This document shows positions 28,101 through 40,393 of a stretch of DNA of 64,000 nucleotides, piece by piece. A program made the position numbers and the translations under genes. Numbering within the stretch: position 1 is the first letter of the stretch; each line of letters opens with the position of its first letter. Below the pieces are notes generated by a model that made no database searches, was not told the origin of the DNA, and was given only the letters and a program-made list of their open reading frames with translations. This DNA comes from Stegostoma tigrinum (taxonomy: Eukaryota): the NCBI RefSeq assembly GCF_030684315.1, contig NC_081373.1, forward strand, positions 40,649,989-40,713,988, written 5' to 3'.

Positions 28101-28652
28101 CAAGTGAGTTTTGATCATTTTAAATAGTGCTGGTGAAGAGGCCTTCATGCTATTTAAAATTATACTCAAGGAGCACAAGCTAGAGCCTGGGGTTCTCTAA
28201 TGGGGACATTATCTGACTGTCCAGCATCCTGCTAACAAGCATTGGGTACACGTGTGCAAATCCCTTTACAAGCATGGCATATGCTATACTTGCCACTGAA
28301 GTGCACACACTCACTGTAGACCCTATGTTCGTAATTTATGAAGCCTTATGACACCCAAGAAACAATTGGCTACAGAGGCCAATATCTCCCACAGGCTGAG
28401 CAAGCAAAGGGCCTATATAGGTTTGGATGAATTTTAAGAATAGTGAATTGTCCATGGATGAAGTGCACATAAGATGTCCCATGACAGTCAGAAGCTCCCT
28501 TTAGGGGAAACCAGGGGAAATAGTTGTCTTGGATCATACAGAGCACCAGTGCTTTAACAAAATACCAAAGTCTCTAAATTCTTCCACAGACTTGTAATAC
28601 ATGCCAAAGTCAAAAATAGGATTTCTTCACAAAATTCCACTTGAATCATTAC

Positions 28653-28757
28653 CGTGAAGATCTTGTTTCTATTGTTAAGGGTTGAACTCCTCTGACATGC
28701 ATATTGAGAAACAGTTACCACCGGTGGAGGTAATGGAAGATTTGATTGAAGCGTCTT
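28653..28757 (-). CDS. DNTT: TdT coding exon (exon 3 equivalent): KTLQSNLPLPPPVVTVSQYACQRSSTLNNRNKIFT
   Basis: Contains the TdT/Pol-mu SQYACQR..TLNN.N.IFT motif; donor ACG|gtaatg; acceptor ttgttttatttctttatgtgcag|AAG; 105 nt, phase 0/0, in frame with the next exon. The 5' boundary is uncertain by 6 nt (28763 vs 28757). Confidence 0.93.
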
Positions 28758-30949
28758 CTGCACATAAAGAAATAAAACAAAATCAAATTCATTGCTGGTT
28801 CAGGTTAAAGATTGTGGCTTCCTGTTGGGTCAGCTTCCATTATCAAGTCTATCAATGAACACATATGGTATTGTTTGTCGTCTGCAATTAGAAAGCAAAG
28901 ATTTATTAACACAACAAATGATAACTGAGAATCTATTTGTTGTTTGCTGTTTAGTTCAGCAGTTTAAGCAGCTTCCTTGCAATAGAGAAATAATCTCATA
29001 AGGATAGATTCTAACAAATCTTTTCTCCACTCTTATGGCTATCATACCCTATTCTCTTCAATGTGATTAAAGGGTAAGAAAGACTGAAGACTGGAATCTT
29101 AACCTGCATAACGTGTAAAACAAAAATAATAAACTACATTAGGAGGTGAAGCAGTAATATTGGACTTAAATGTCAGATGGCACAGCAAGTCAGCATTTAA
29201 AGGGTGTAATTAGCAAGTAATATTATTTGTAGATATTGATTTAACACTCCATTGGGCATGAAACTGAATTTAGAATTTGTAATCCAGATTCTAACAGTTA
29301 ACTGGATTGAGAGCTCAAGCTTAGTAGATGTGTGAAGTAGATCCTAGGACGCCTGGAGTACTGTAGCTAAATCTTCTAAGCAGACTGAGCATCAGTGTAG
29401 CCGTACTCCCAAACATTGGGTCCAAGATGTGAGAAATCTGTTTAAATATTTTGTGACCACTGAGAGATTTGGACCTATGGATATGGTAACAATCCAGAGA
29501 GAGGAATTTCAAATTGAAGTGAGACTGAAGAAGGTGCAGGGAACAGTTGGGTGAGGGTTGGGGGCATAATCTCACAGTGGTGCACAGATATAAACAGAAA
29601 TCACTGAGTAATTCTCAGCAGCAGAGAGAGATGGAGCCAAGATCCAAGAATGAGACATTTTTTGAGATCTCCTTCCTCATCTTCCTCCAGCTACGATAAA
29701 TTGATGTCCATTTGGAGAAATATCTCAAAGAATTCAGTGGGCCACACATGAGACCTATCACACATTGGGTCAATTGGTCTTCTCGTTTCTGTCAAAGATA
29801 CTGATGGATGTTGGGACATTGCAAATGATCTGTAGCTGCAAAGAAGCTTGATTGGCACATCAAGTGTTTCAAACTCCTTTAATTGCAAAGCACACTGGGA
29901 TGGCCTGAGGACATGAAATGCATTATAAAGGTTTATCTTTGTAACAAATGTGGTAAGCACCACACCGTCTCATCAAGCAGAAACCTATTCATCTGTTTTG
30001 ATAAAGTTACTGAACCATAAAAGACTTGGCAGTTATTTTTAATTTGTTCTTGGAATGTGGATGTCACTGGCAAGGTGAGCATTATTGCCCATCCCTGATT
30101 ACCCTGAGAAATATAGACACAACAAGCATTGTATTTAATTTCATATTACCTGTTTCAAAGAAATAATAGTCCTGATTCTTAATCAGTTCCCTTTGGTTAT
30201 TGGTTTGTCTTAGAAATCATCATGTGAGAAACAAACATCATGGAATCTATCATGGGGCTCTCACTCACATAACGAGATAATTAAATAGAAACAGGCTTGG
30301 CTGTTATTCTCTTTGTCCATAATCCATATCGGTATAAAAGAAAATATTACGGTTGTTATGAAGCAACAATATCAAAGTGGATTTCACTGATATCAAAATA
30401 CTGCCATAGTTGTTGAAATGCCATTGTGCTGGATGAATTAAATACCAATCAACACCTCAGTCGGATTTTACATATCCAATTAATGCTTGACAACGTATAA
30501 ACAGATAGCTAGTTGTCTTGCCAAACAAAGCACTTGGCCTGCAGCCTACAAACAGGATATGACTTTGCTATCATCTTCCAAACAACTAAACTTCCATTTA
30601 ATACACTTCAAAGTCATAGCAATTTCCCCAATGTAATTTGAGTTGACAAAAGAGAAAGTGTTTAAATTGGACAGCCCCTGAAACAGCTGTTTCCTACCCT
30701 AGGGATTGTGATATTCAATTGTCCCACCGCCATTCAGCGTAATACAGGCGACATTGTTTTGGCTGCTTGCTGATTATAATGGTTTCTGTGTGAAGCCTAT
30801 ATTGTGCTGTTCATTACCCTCACACTTCAGCAGACGACCCAATGTTATTACTTCCTAGTTCCACTTAAAGCTTGCTTACCCCAATTAAAGGAGAGCTTCC
30901 CTGAGGTCCTTGGAAATATGGAGATATTTGGGAGTAATGTTGTGGAACA

Positions 30950-31170
30950 AATGATTGGCAATGAGGGAAAACATGCACAATAGTATTCCAACTGCATTGG
31001 AGTCCGTGATGGAAGAGGAGCAAAGGAAGATATATGTCCTGTACCCACAAGGAGTGCAATGGAATACCCAGACATGTGAAGAGAAGACTGCAAGTGCAAA
31101 TATTTACTGAGATCAATGCCACAGGATTTGTCTCAAGGACCTGGATGTGATATTGTAAAAGTTTTCCATT
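30950..31170 (+). mobile_element. Decayed Myb/SANT-like coding remnant (Harbinger-type)
   Basis: ALESVMEEEQRKIYVLYPQG...EINATGFVSRTWM*YCKSF. Confidence 0.55.
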
Positions 31171-31898
31171 TACAGGAGTGATTAAGATCAGTAAATGCAC
31201 CTGTGCCATATCCTACCAACTCCTACAAATCATTTATGTGTTTCACTTCTTCCTCACAGAATTAATTGTAAGTTTGAAGCCTACATTTCACACCTCAATG
31301 AATAAGGGCCAACACCACAGTGATAAGGAACAGACACCATCACTTGATTTCACAATTCTGCACAAACTGTAGGCAGTTAGCCTGCCACAAAGTCTGTATT
31401 CAACATCAAAGAGCACGGAGTTGTCTGGCAGAGAGTGAGCGCTGGGCTTTGTGTGGAGCTTGAAGTCTAATGTTTGCAGCACACTTCTGACCCTAACCAT
31501 CCTACTACATCCGACATCTCAGCTTCCAAAACAGTAGCAGCAGTTGCCAAGTGATGTCTGAGTACCGTAGTTGAATTTCAGACTGCTACTGGCATGGATG
31601 TGAATCCCAGAGTCAATAAATCTGTTCTTTAGAAACATACTAAGATTACAGAAGTGCTAACCAGAGGGAGCAGCAGTCAATTCTGAGAGCATGAATCTAC
31701 TTCTCTGTCTCTGCTTGGATAGGATCCCAACCCTACAGGCCCTCCAATGCACTTGTTGTCTGTCAGCCAGCCAGCCAGACCAGACCAGATTGCTGCTGTC
31801 TGTGCCAAGACGGTGCAGTTTGAAACCAGATATTTTGCTGCTGTACGTCAACTACAAGGAAAACGCTCCAACTCCAAAGTCAGCAGCTTCCAACTGGA

Positions 31899-32120
31899 AC
31901 TAGGGGTCATAGTCTCAAGATAAGGAGGAGTAGGTTTAGGACTGAGCTGAGGAGGAACCTCTCCACCCCAAAGGGTTGTAAATCTGTGGAATTCCCAGCC
32001 CAATGAAGCAGTTCAGGCTACCTCATTAAATGTTATTAAGGCAAAGATAGATAGATTTTTCAACTGTGAAGGAATTAAGGATTATGGCAAGCAGGCAGGT
32101 AAGTGGAGCTGAGTCCATGA
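31899..32120 (+). mobile_element. CR1 3' end, split by the opposite-strand CR1; tail resumes at ~35393-35468
   Basis: TRGHSLKIRRSRFRTELRRN..., ends gagtccatga; continuation tgatctaattgaatggcacagcaagctcgaggggccag...ttcttatgttctt at 35396-35468. Confidence 0.8.
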
Positions 32121-32139
32121 GAACTGATCTACGTTTGTA

Positions 32140-35100
32140 CTAAATATTCTCAATGACCTGGCCTCCACAGCCTTCTTTGGCAGTGAAATTCCATCGATTC
32201 ATCACTGTCTGGCTGAAAACGTTTCTCCTTATCGCCGATCTAAAATGTCTTTTCTTTACTCTAAGGTTATGCCATCCTGAGAAGGATCCTTTTATCCCCA
32301 CTCTCTGATTTCTGCCAGAGAGCCAAGCTTCTATCCACACAAGTACCTTGCCTCTAACACCATGCGCCCTTATCTTACTCAGGAACCTCCTGTGTGGCAC
32401 CTTGTCAAAGGCCTTCTGGAAGTCCTCGTACATAATATCTCCTTGGTCTAACCTGCTCGTTAATTCCTCAAAGAATTCTAACAGATTTGTCAGGCATGAC
32501 CTCCCCTTGATGAAGCCATGCTAACTTTGCCCTATTTTACCATGAAGTTCCAAGTATTCAGAAATCTCAGCCTTCACAACGGACTCTAAAATCTTACCCA
32601 CAACTGAAGTTAGGTTAATCAGCCTTTAATTTTCAGTCTTTCACCTTGCTCCCTTTTTAAACACTGGGGTTTCATTTCAGCGATTTTCCCATTATTTAGG
32701 ACCCTCCCCGACTGTCGTGTTTCCTGAAAAATCACCATTAATGCCTCCACTATCACTACCAGCTGTCTTCTTTAGAACTCTGGGGTCTAGTCCATCTGGC
32801 CCTGGAAATGTATCCACCTTCAGGCCATTCCATTTTTCCAGAACCTTCTCCTTGGCCACCATACTCACCTCTGCCCCCTGACTCTCGAATTTTTGGCATA
32901 CTCCTCATATCTTCCACTGATGCAAGGTAATTATTCAGTTCCTTAGCTATTTTCTTTATCCCCACTACTACTCTCCAGCATCATTTTCCAGTGTCCAATG
33001 TCCACTTTTGCCTCACTTTTGCCCTTTGTAGATTCAAAGAAGCTCTTACAGTGGTCTTTTATATTATTGGCTAGTTTACCCTCCTATTTAATCTCCTCCC
33101 TCTTTGTTTCTTTTTTTTGTTGCCCTCTGTTGGTCTTTGTAAGTTTCCCAGTCCTCTGGTTTCCCACTGCCCTTCACCACATTATATGCTTTCTCTTTTG
33201 CTTTTATGCTATCCGTGACTTTGTTAGTCAGCAATGGTTGCCTCATCCTCCCTGTACCATGCTTCTTTTTCTTGGGGATGAATTTTTGCTGTGTCCCCTG
33301 AATTACTTACAGAAACTCCTGCCATTGCTGTTCTACTGTCTTTCCTGCTAGGTTCCTCTCCCAGTCAGTTCTGCCCTGCTCCTCCCTCATACCTCTATTG
33401 TCGCCTTTATTCAGCTGTAATACCATTGTCTCTGATTCTATCTTCTGCCTCTCAAACTGCAGAGTAAGTTCTATCATCTCCTGATCACTGCCTCTTAAGG
33501 GTTCCTTTACTTTAAGGTCCCTCATCAAGCCTGCCTCATTGCACAACACTGAATCCAGTATTGCCTGTTCCCTTGTGGGCTCCACCAAGAGCTGCTCCAA
33601 AAAGCCATCTCGTAGACATTCCACATGTAAAGTAAAATTCCTTTACTTGCAATCCACTACCAACATGATTTTCCTCTTCTACCTGTATATTGAAGCCCCC
33701 CATAATCACTGAGACTTTGCCTTTCTTACACACCTTTTCTATCTCCTGGTGTCTCTTGCGCCCTACCTCCTGACTGCTGTTTGGAGGCCTGTACACAACT
33801 CCAACTGTGGTTTTTTAACCTTTGCAGTTCCTCATTTCTACCCACACAGATTCCACACCATCTGACCCTACTTCATTTCCTCCTATTTATTTAATTTCAT
33901 TTCTCACTAATAAGGTAACCCCACTCCCTCAGCCCAGCTGCTTATCTTTTCGATGGGATGTATATCCTTAGATATTCAGTTCCCAATCCTGATCCCCTTG
34001 CAGCCATATCTCCGTGATGCCTACCACATCATACGTGCCAGTTTCAATTTGCGCCATAAGATCATCTTCCTTGTTCCTTATACTGCGTGTATTCAGATAT
34101 AACACTTGCAAGTCCTGCATTAACCCTCCCTCTTCTCATTTTCATTCGTTTTTCTATTGTTTGATTGCTAGCCCTTTCCAAAGACTCTGTCCTATTTGTG
34201 TCTGTGCTGGAGACTTTAATAACTTCTCCTGAGTTCTCCTTCCCTGTCCATTCTTTCATATTTTTCCACCACTGCAGATGTTAACCTGCTGCTTTGTTTC
34301 CCTCTGGGGTGAGTTTCACCGTTCCCTCCCCCACCCCCTCACTTTCTAGTTTAAAGCCCTGTTAACCAGCCTATTTACCACTTCTGCTAGAACCTTGGCC
34401 CCAGCTTGATTCAGATGGAGACCGTCGCAATGGTACAGATCCATCCTGTCCCAATGCTGATGCCAGTGCCCCATGAAAAGGAACCCCTCTTTCCCACACC
34501 ACTCCTTTTGCCCCGGGTTTACTACCCTTATTCTTGTGTCCCTATGTCAATTAGCATATGGCTCAGGCAGTAATCCAGAGATTATAACCCTTGAGGACCT
34601 GCTCTTTAATTTTGTTCCTTTCTTCTAATAATCCCTGAACAGGTCCCCTTTCCTTGTCTTGTCCATGTTGTTTGCCCCAACATGATCCACAACAACTGGA
34701 TCTTGCCCTTCCCTCTCCAATATCCTCTCAAGCCGGTCAGAGATGTCCCTTGCCCTGGCACCAGGCAGGCAACACACTATGCAGGACTCTCAATCCTGCT
34801 TACAAAGGATACTATCTATTCCCCTAATTATAGAATCCCCTACAAATACCACTTGTCTTTGTGCTCCCCCCTCTTGAATGGCCTCCCATGCCATGGTGCA
34901 GTGGTCAGTTGTCTCATCCTCCCTGCAGCCCTTTTCCTCCTCTCACAGGGAGAAGAGTACCTCATACCTGTTGGACAAGGTCAAGAGCTGAGGTTCCTCT
35001 GTTCCTGACTGCAGGATCCCTCTACCTGCTTCGCTTGCAGTCACCCCCGCTGCTGTCCCTGGCCACTGATTAAATTTGAATTACTTAATCCACCAGTTGT

Positions 35101-35310
35101 GACTGCCTCCTGAAACACAGCGTCCAGGTACTTCTCCCTGTTCCGAATGTGCCACCATGTTTGACGCTGTGATTCTAGTTCATCAACTCTGAACCGAAGT
35201 TCCTCAAGCAACCAACACTTGCTGCAAATGTGGTCACTGCAGTTCGCAATGGCACCAGTCCGCTCCCACATCATACAGCTACAACACATCACCTGTCCAA
35301 CTATCTCCAT
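32140..35310 (-). mobile_element. Near full-length decayed CR1 LINE (ORF1 Zn-finger/zipper + SGNH esterase; ORF2 APE endonuclease + partial RT) with internal deletions
   Basis: ORF 35041-35310 CCSCMMWE...HICSKC.LLEELRFRVDELE; VIGDS/CCLPGA esterase motifs at ~34750-34850; YRPPNS, MGGFN, EPTREQAILD, SDQEMIE endonuclease motifs; DFQKAFDKVPH RT motif. Confidence 0.95.
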
Positions 35311-35669
35311 TTAGTTAATTACTTTATTGAGTTAATTAAATGTATTCACACTTCTTTGCTGAATTCTTTTTCAAATTTAGTGCAGATGCAAATGATGATC
35401 TAATTGAATGGCACAGCAAGCTCGAGGGGCCAGATGGCCTACTCCTGCTCCTGTTTCTTATGTTCTTCATGTAGGCATTTCATAGGATGTGGGGCAAAGG
35501 CACTGATATACCAATCACTTAGGATATGCACAGGGTGAACAGTTTAATTTTGTGTGCAACATAGCATGGTTTAATTTATAAACCTCACTTTGAATGTATA
35601 TTTCATTAAGGCTTTTATTTTTGTGTTACAATCAACAGTGACAAAACTGATGTTCACTGATTAAATATT

Positions 35670-36051
35670 GTGAAGGTAGCTTTGGGAGTTTGTGGCTTTG
35701 TAGTGGATGGCAGGACCTTGAAAAATTTGTTCATTTTGATTCCAATTTCCACCCCTCTATAACTTTCTCATCATCCATTTCGGACACTTCCCTTCCTTTC
35801 CTTGACTCCTCTGTCTCCATCTTGGCGAATAAACTGACGATTGCTAGTTACGTACAAATCCATTCTACCTTTCTGGGCACAAGGGATCAAATCCCACCAG
35901 GGCAGATGGAGAAAATTAAAGGGGTTTTGTGTTGCAGCGGTGTTGACTATACCTTTGGATGAGAAGGCACGAGTACTAGTCCCATCTGATCCAGAGGTGT
36001 GTCAAAACATCACTCAACAGTTTACTCAGAAAATATCTAAGCAAGTTATTG
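35670..36051. repeat. Left arm of 382-bp inverted repeat (partner 37430-37811)
   Basis: Reverse complement of 37430-37811 with 3 mismatches found by eye; the ORF track shows the same peptides on opposite strands. Confidence 0.97.
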
Positions 36052-37104
36052 TGGGATCTTTGGTGAATAGGGAGTTGAGTTGAGGTGACTGATGTCACAC
36101 TTGAAATGGGTCTACATGTTCAATTCAGGCAGAAGGGGCCGCCTAGGTTTCAGCTTCCTTTTGTCTTCCTGTTCTCATGCCTGCACCTTGTCCATATCTT
36201 CCTCCATCTCTTTATGTCCCTGTCCCTGTTCCTCAGTTTCTTGCATGATCGGGTGTGGGAAGGGCCACTACCCCATAGTGCTGATACGGTGCAACATGTT
36301 GCACGTGGCCACTAATCCTGAGACCCACGGCCAAGTTTTCCTGGACAACACCGGAGCAGGCAAGGAGCAAAATGGGTACTTCAGCAAGACAATGATCTGC
36401 TGCTGTGTTATACCTTGAGCAGCAGCATAGTTCTGATTGCTCACATACTGGTGTTGTTAACCAGGCCATGAGCCATGTATCAGCAGACAGCTTTTTGAGC
36501 TAAGTGGCCATTCTTCAGTGTGTCATCGGGGCTGAAATACAGCTTGAGTAGTAAACTGCCACAGAATGAAGATGGCATGCCTACTGTCAAGATATTGGGC
36601 CTTGATCTACATGATACACTGTCTGTGAAAGGATTATTTCGCTCAGATGGCTGGTTTTTCAATGCAGAGTGAAGCCATAAGTGTGGGGCTCTATTCCCAC
36701 ACCAGCTGAGATTACCATGAAAGACCTTCTTTCTCAACCTCTCCTCTTGGTGCCCTCCAGTTTAACCACACCAATGGTCTCTCTCTATTGAGGGAGCTGT
36801 TCTATAGTCTGGTAGGGCCATGATGACTTTACCAGTATGTTGACTATGGTCACATGTCAGTTGAGGTTGATGGAGTGGAAACCCTTTCACCTCAAATACA
36901 TACCACAGTTGCCAAGAGGCACAGAAAAAGCATCCAATGTGCACTATACCATGAAAAAGCCTGTAATCTTTTTAAACTCTTAAAATGGAGTTCTCTTGCT
37001 TTGATCAGAGGCCATTACTGGCCTCCCCTATATGATAGTGGACTGCAAACTGCCCGATGTTGCTAATATTTCCTGCACCAGCCTGGAAGGAGCCAATTAT
37101 CACT

Positions 37105-37320
37105 GTTGTTTGTCATATAAACCATCTAGTTCGCTGATATCCTTCAGGGAAGGATATCTGCCATCTTTACACAGTCAAGCCTACATATAACTCGAGACTG
37201 ACAGCAATGTGGTTACCTCTTAACTGCCTCAGATATGGTTTGCAAGTCATCCAGTTAGGGCAATTAGACATAGGCTATAAATACTAGCTAAGCCAGCAAT
37301 ATCAACTTCCCATGAACCAA
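37105..37320 (+). mobile_element. SINE 3' portion (family B tail)
   Basis: ccatctagttcgctgatatccttcagggaagg...cagcaatgtggttacctcttaactgcc...gggcaattag. Confidence 0.78.
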
Positions 37321-37429
37321 TCTTAAAAGTGCTCAAAACATTATCAGCCCCTATTACCTTCACCAGATGACAGAGTCCTTGCTCTGCTGAGACGTTGGGA
37401 TTTCGACTGCAGCAGGCGGCATAGCTCAG

Positions 37430-37811
37430 CAATAACTTGCTTAGATATTTTCTGAGTAAACTGTTGAGTGATGTTTTGACACACCTCTGGAGCAGATGGG
37501 ACTAGTACTCGTGCCTCCTCATCCAAAGGTATAGTCAACACCGCTGCAACACAAAACCCCTTTAATTTTCTCCATCTGCCCTGGTGGGATTTGATCCCTT
37601 GTGCCCAGAAAGGTAGAATGGATTTGTACGTAACTAGCAATCGTCAGTTTATTCGCCAAGATGGAGACAGAGGAGTCAAGGAAAGGAAGGGAAGTGTCCG
37701 AAATGGATGATGAGAAAGTTATAGAGGGGTGGAAATTGGAATCAAAATGAACACATTTTTCAAGGTCCTGCCATCCACTACAAAGCCACAAACTCCCAAA
37801 GCTACCTTCAC
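37430..37811. repeat. Right arm (probable donor) of 382-bp inverted repeat
   Basis: Partner of 35670-36051; continues seamlessly into the PLE after 37811. Confidence 0.97.
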
Positions 37812-38944
37812 TACAGCTTGTCATACCCCACATCCTGCAAGGAACTGTACCCCATTCTTCCTTCGCCTATGTCATACCTGTTCTGATGATGCTACCTTCC
37901 AAAACAATGCTGCTGATATGAATTGCTTCTTCCATGACTGTGATTTCCCACCCATTGTGGTTAACAGGGCCTTCAACCACATCTAACCTATCACCCGTGC
38001 TTCTGCCCTTGCCCCTTCACTTCATTCTGTGATCAGGGTCTCTTTGTCCTCAATCTATGCCCCAGCAGCCGCCACATTCAAAAGGATCATTCTCTACCAC
38101 TTCAGGCAACTCCAGCAGAATGCCACCACCAAACAACTCTTCCCCTCACTTCCCACTTTGCATTTTGCAGGGATTGTTCCCTCTGGGACAACCTACTTCA
38201 TTCTCCAAATCACCAACACCAATCCCTTCCCTCGGCATCTTCCCATGTAACTGCAGAAGGTGCAACACCCGCCCCTGCTCACCATCCAAGGGCCTAAACA
38301 GTCTTTCCAGGTGAAGCAGCATTTCACCTGTACCTCCTCCAATCTTGTGTGTTATATTTGCTGCACCCAATGTAGCCTACTCTACAGTGGAGAGACCAAA
38401 CGTAGACTGGCTGACCACTTTGCAGAACACTTCCAATCCATGCACAAGCATGGCCGTGACCTTCCAGCAGCCGGTCACTTAGAGATGGTGTCTTGCTCGT
38501 GTACCCCATTATCTGTCCTTGGCATTCTGCAATGTTCCAGTGAATCACAGTGAAAACTGGAGGAGCAACATCTCATCTTCAGACTAAGCACTTTGTAACC
38601 TTCTGGGCTCAATATTGAGTTCAACACCTTCAAATTGCAAACCCATCCCTTTCCTTTATTTCCTTCAATTTTACTTGTTACATTCTCTGTCACTATGTCC
38701 TGTCTCCACCACCACCCCCAACTCCAGTGGGACTGTCTATTCTTCCCAGTCTGGCAATCAGACATACCATTGTTCTTCTATCCTCACATTCCAGTCACTT
38801 AATCTGAACTATCAACATCCTTTCTCCCCCAGCATTCCAACTGCCACACCAATTGTAGCATAGGTGCTGTCCCCTCCACCCTTCACTTCAGCTCTGATGA
38901 AGAGTAATCTAGACTCAAAATGTTAGCTTGCTTTCTCTCCATGG
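37640..38944 (+). mobile_element. Penelope-like retroelement, 5'-truncated with inverted 5' segment (RT C-terminus, GIY-YIG, 3' arm); tail resumes at 40394-40480
   Basis: IHYKATNSQSYLHY, LRLCHTCSDD, QVKQHFTCTSSNLVCYICCTQCSLLYSGETKRRLADHFAEH and EEQHLIFRLSTL; segment 37640-37772 is on the minus strand. Confidence 0.93.
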
Positions 38945-40393
38945 CACTACCAGTGCATGAGCATCTGTGACCAGTTCAAACTGACCTCAGGAACCAAGGT
39001 AAATTGGGGCAAGAGTGAGGCCCTGTTCTTTGAGAATTTGGCCAACCAATCCTTCATTTACTTCACTGTCAGGAGAAGCTACCTGAAGCTGATGGGATGA
39101 TAGTTCAGAGGGACCAGGGCATGCATCTTGGAAGGAGTGCATTGCCAAAGTGAAACTGGTCTTTTGACAGCACCACTTCTTCTCCACTGCAGGTAAAAGC
39201 CTAGTCATGAGGTGTGCGGCAATCTGTTGTTGTATGTGGCACAGGCATGGCCCGGCCCCCAAAACTGCACTGTTTTACTCACTTGAACCATCTTTCATTT
39301 CATGTAGAAGCCCAAGATAGATTGTGTCCACAGGGACATCATGTACAAAACTCTAGATAAGAGGGGGAAGAACGTACCCAATTTTGCCCTCATCCTGAAG
39401 GCCACCCTTGTGCGTGTTCGCATTAAGCTGTACGTAGATCCTTGGTATGAAAACACCAAGTGTTACTGCTTACTGAGGCTCTACTTGTCCCCAGCATAGC
39501 AAGTATGGGTTTGGCCTTGTTGCTGTGGAACATTCCAAGCAGTTGGACCGTCCCATATCACCTGTCCTTTGTAAAAAAAATTGAAAGAAAAACACATTTG
39601 ACCACCAGTCCTTCAAGAAATGGTCAACATGTAGCATCCTTGAGACCCTGAGAGAAAAGGAGAGGGTGGATCCTGTTGTGTGGTCATCACCAGAACTTTC
39701 CAACAAGCATCCAGGCATCACTTGGCTGGTGGTGGGAAGGACACTACCTGTGAGATCCTTTATGTACACCCAGTCTGTCAGCGCCACTGCACGCTGTCCT
39801 CAATGCAGCCGTGAGGGGGCTTCAAACTGTCACACATATCCTTCTGGAATTTGCCTTTGAAAAGGAAATCTGGAGAAAGGCGCACTGGTTTGTGTCAAGG
39901 TTTGTCCCAAGAATCTCCATGACACGGGACTCTGTGTTCTAACTCTGTTCCTTGGGATGCACACCACAACATCAGCTGTTCCTGGTTGACCATAACTTCA
40001 GTGAAAGATGCTCTTTGCTCTGCCTGAAACTGGTTGGTCCCCCAAAGCAAAGAGTTGACCCTGACTGAGTGTTTCAGACTGGCACATTCCAGCACTACTG
40101 AGTGTTGAGGAACAGCTGTCGGCAAGGTGCAGCAGGGAAAGACCGCTGTCTGAGGTCTTCTTGCTGAAGGTAAATAGGCGTCTCTTCAATTATCAGACCC
40201 TCTCAGTGTCTCAAATATATGTACATATTGGCATTGTATGTATAAGAGAAGTCTTCTTTTTGGATAGAGTCAAAATCCAATATTTTGTTTCTTTACTTGA
40301 TATGCAACTGTACAGAACCAAACTGCATTTGTGACAATGTATATATACAAAGAGATTTTTTATGAATAAAGTATATCTTTGAAATAAAGCAAA
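38945..40393 (+). mobile_element. L1/Tx1-clade LINE 3' fragment with 17-bp TSD
   Basis: KSEALFF.N, RSYLKLMG, WLVVGRTLPVRSFMY...ARCPQC...THILLEF (degenerate CCHC); ends tttatgaataaagtatatctttgaaataaa; TSD ttgctt(t)(c/t)tctccatgg at 38928-38944 and 40394-40410. Confidence 0.85.

Noticed and set aside
28180-28520. Possible Harbinger transposase remnant
   Set aside because: Only a vague resemblance to the G.ID.TH..I..P motif; cannot be supported by eye.
29573-29602. CACAGTG heptamer followed by acagaaatc as a recombination signal sequence
   Set aside because: The spacer is 14 nt and the nonamer is degenerate; another heptamer checked (31316) also lacks a nonamer; no V/D/J segments were seen.
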